Translations under genes and position numbers: made by a program
From: a virus
Taxonomy: Duplodnaviria > Caudoviricetes
Reading direction: 5' to 3' (one strand)
Virus record (IMG/VR): IMGVR_UViG_3300049828_000319
Coordinates: 1 to 24,513 of that record
DNA: 24,513 bases
Shown here: positions 24,448 to 24,513 of the stretch, piece by piece
Numbering within the stretch: position 1 is the first letter of the stretch
Layout: each line of letters begins with the position of its first letter
The notes under the pieces: generated by a model
What the model was told of the DNA's origin: nothing
The model's input: the letters and a program-made list of their open reading frames with translations, nothing else
Databases searched by the model: none

Positions 24448-24499
24448 TTGACTAATATTCCAAAATGGATTATTATTTTTTCACATTCCATTTTGGAAT
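24448..24499 (+). promoter_or_regulatory. Rightward (lytic) promoter with two operator-like palindromes
   Basis: TTGACT (24448-53), 17-bp spacer, TATTAT (24471-76); ATTCCAAAATGGAT in the spacer and ATTCCATTTTGGAAT at 24485-24499. Confidence 0.7.
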
Positions 24500-24513
24500 T
24501 TTTTTGTGGGTTT

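Larger units (their letters stand above)
1..24513. mobile_element. Temperate siphovirus genome segment (late, lysis, attP and lysogeny modules), apparently the excised form
   Basis: Complete HK97-type morphogenesis gene order, with lysin-attP-int-repressor contiguous. Confidence 0.93.

Overview
The window is about 24.5 kb of a temperate siphovirus with an HK97-type head, probably infecting a spore-forming Bacillota (Clostridia-like) host; the host assignment is inferred from sigmaA promoters, GGAGG ribosome-binding sites, Spo0A-type boxes and a copper-amine-oxidase-N domain gene. On the + strand the order is: small ORFs, HNH nuclease, ParB-DNA methyltransferase, TerS, TerL, portal, ClpP-type protease, major capsid protein, a five-gene head decoration/spike cluster, connector (with an inserted domain), head closure, tail terminator, tail tube, tail chaperones with a -1 frameshift, a displaced gp10-like gene, tape measure protein, a hub-like protein with nested repeats, four tail-tip/fibre genes, XhlA-type holin and amidase endolysin. 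An inverted secreted-protein moron splits the lysis cassette. After the lysin come a bidirectional terminator, an intact attP (3' half of tRNA-Pro(GGG) flanked by 22-bp arm repeats), a tyrosine integrase and an XRE repressor on the - strand, and the start of the genetic switch. The intact attP implies the excised or virion form. The most notable items are: (i) an unannotated promoter-RBS-54-aa ORF with tandem Spo0A boxes that is transcribed antisense into a repressor lacking an autocleavage domain; (ii) a modular virion-decoration system with several domain-in-domain insertions and two tail proteins sharing an N-terminal anchor peptide; (iii) the antisense moron abutting the holin. All family calls come from recalled motifs, not database searches.
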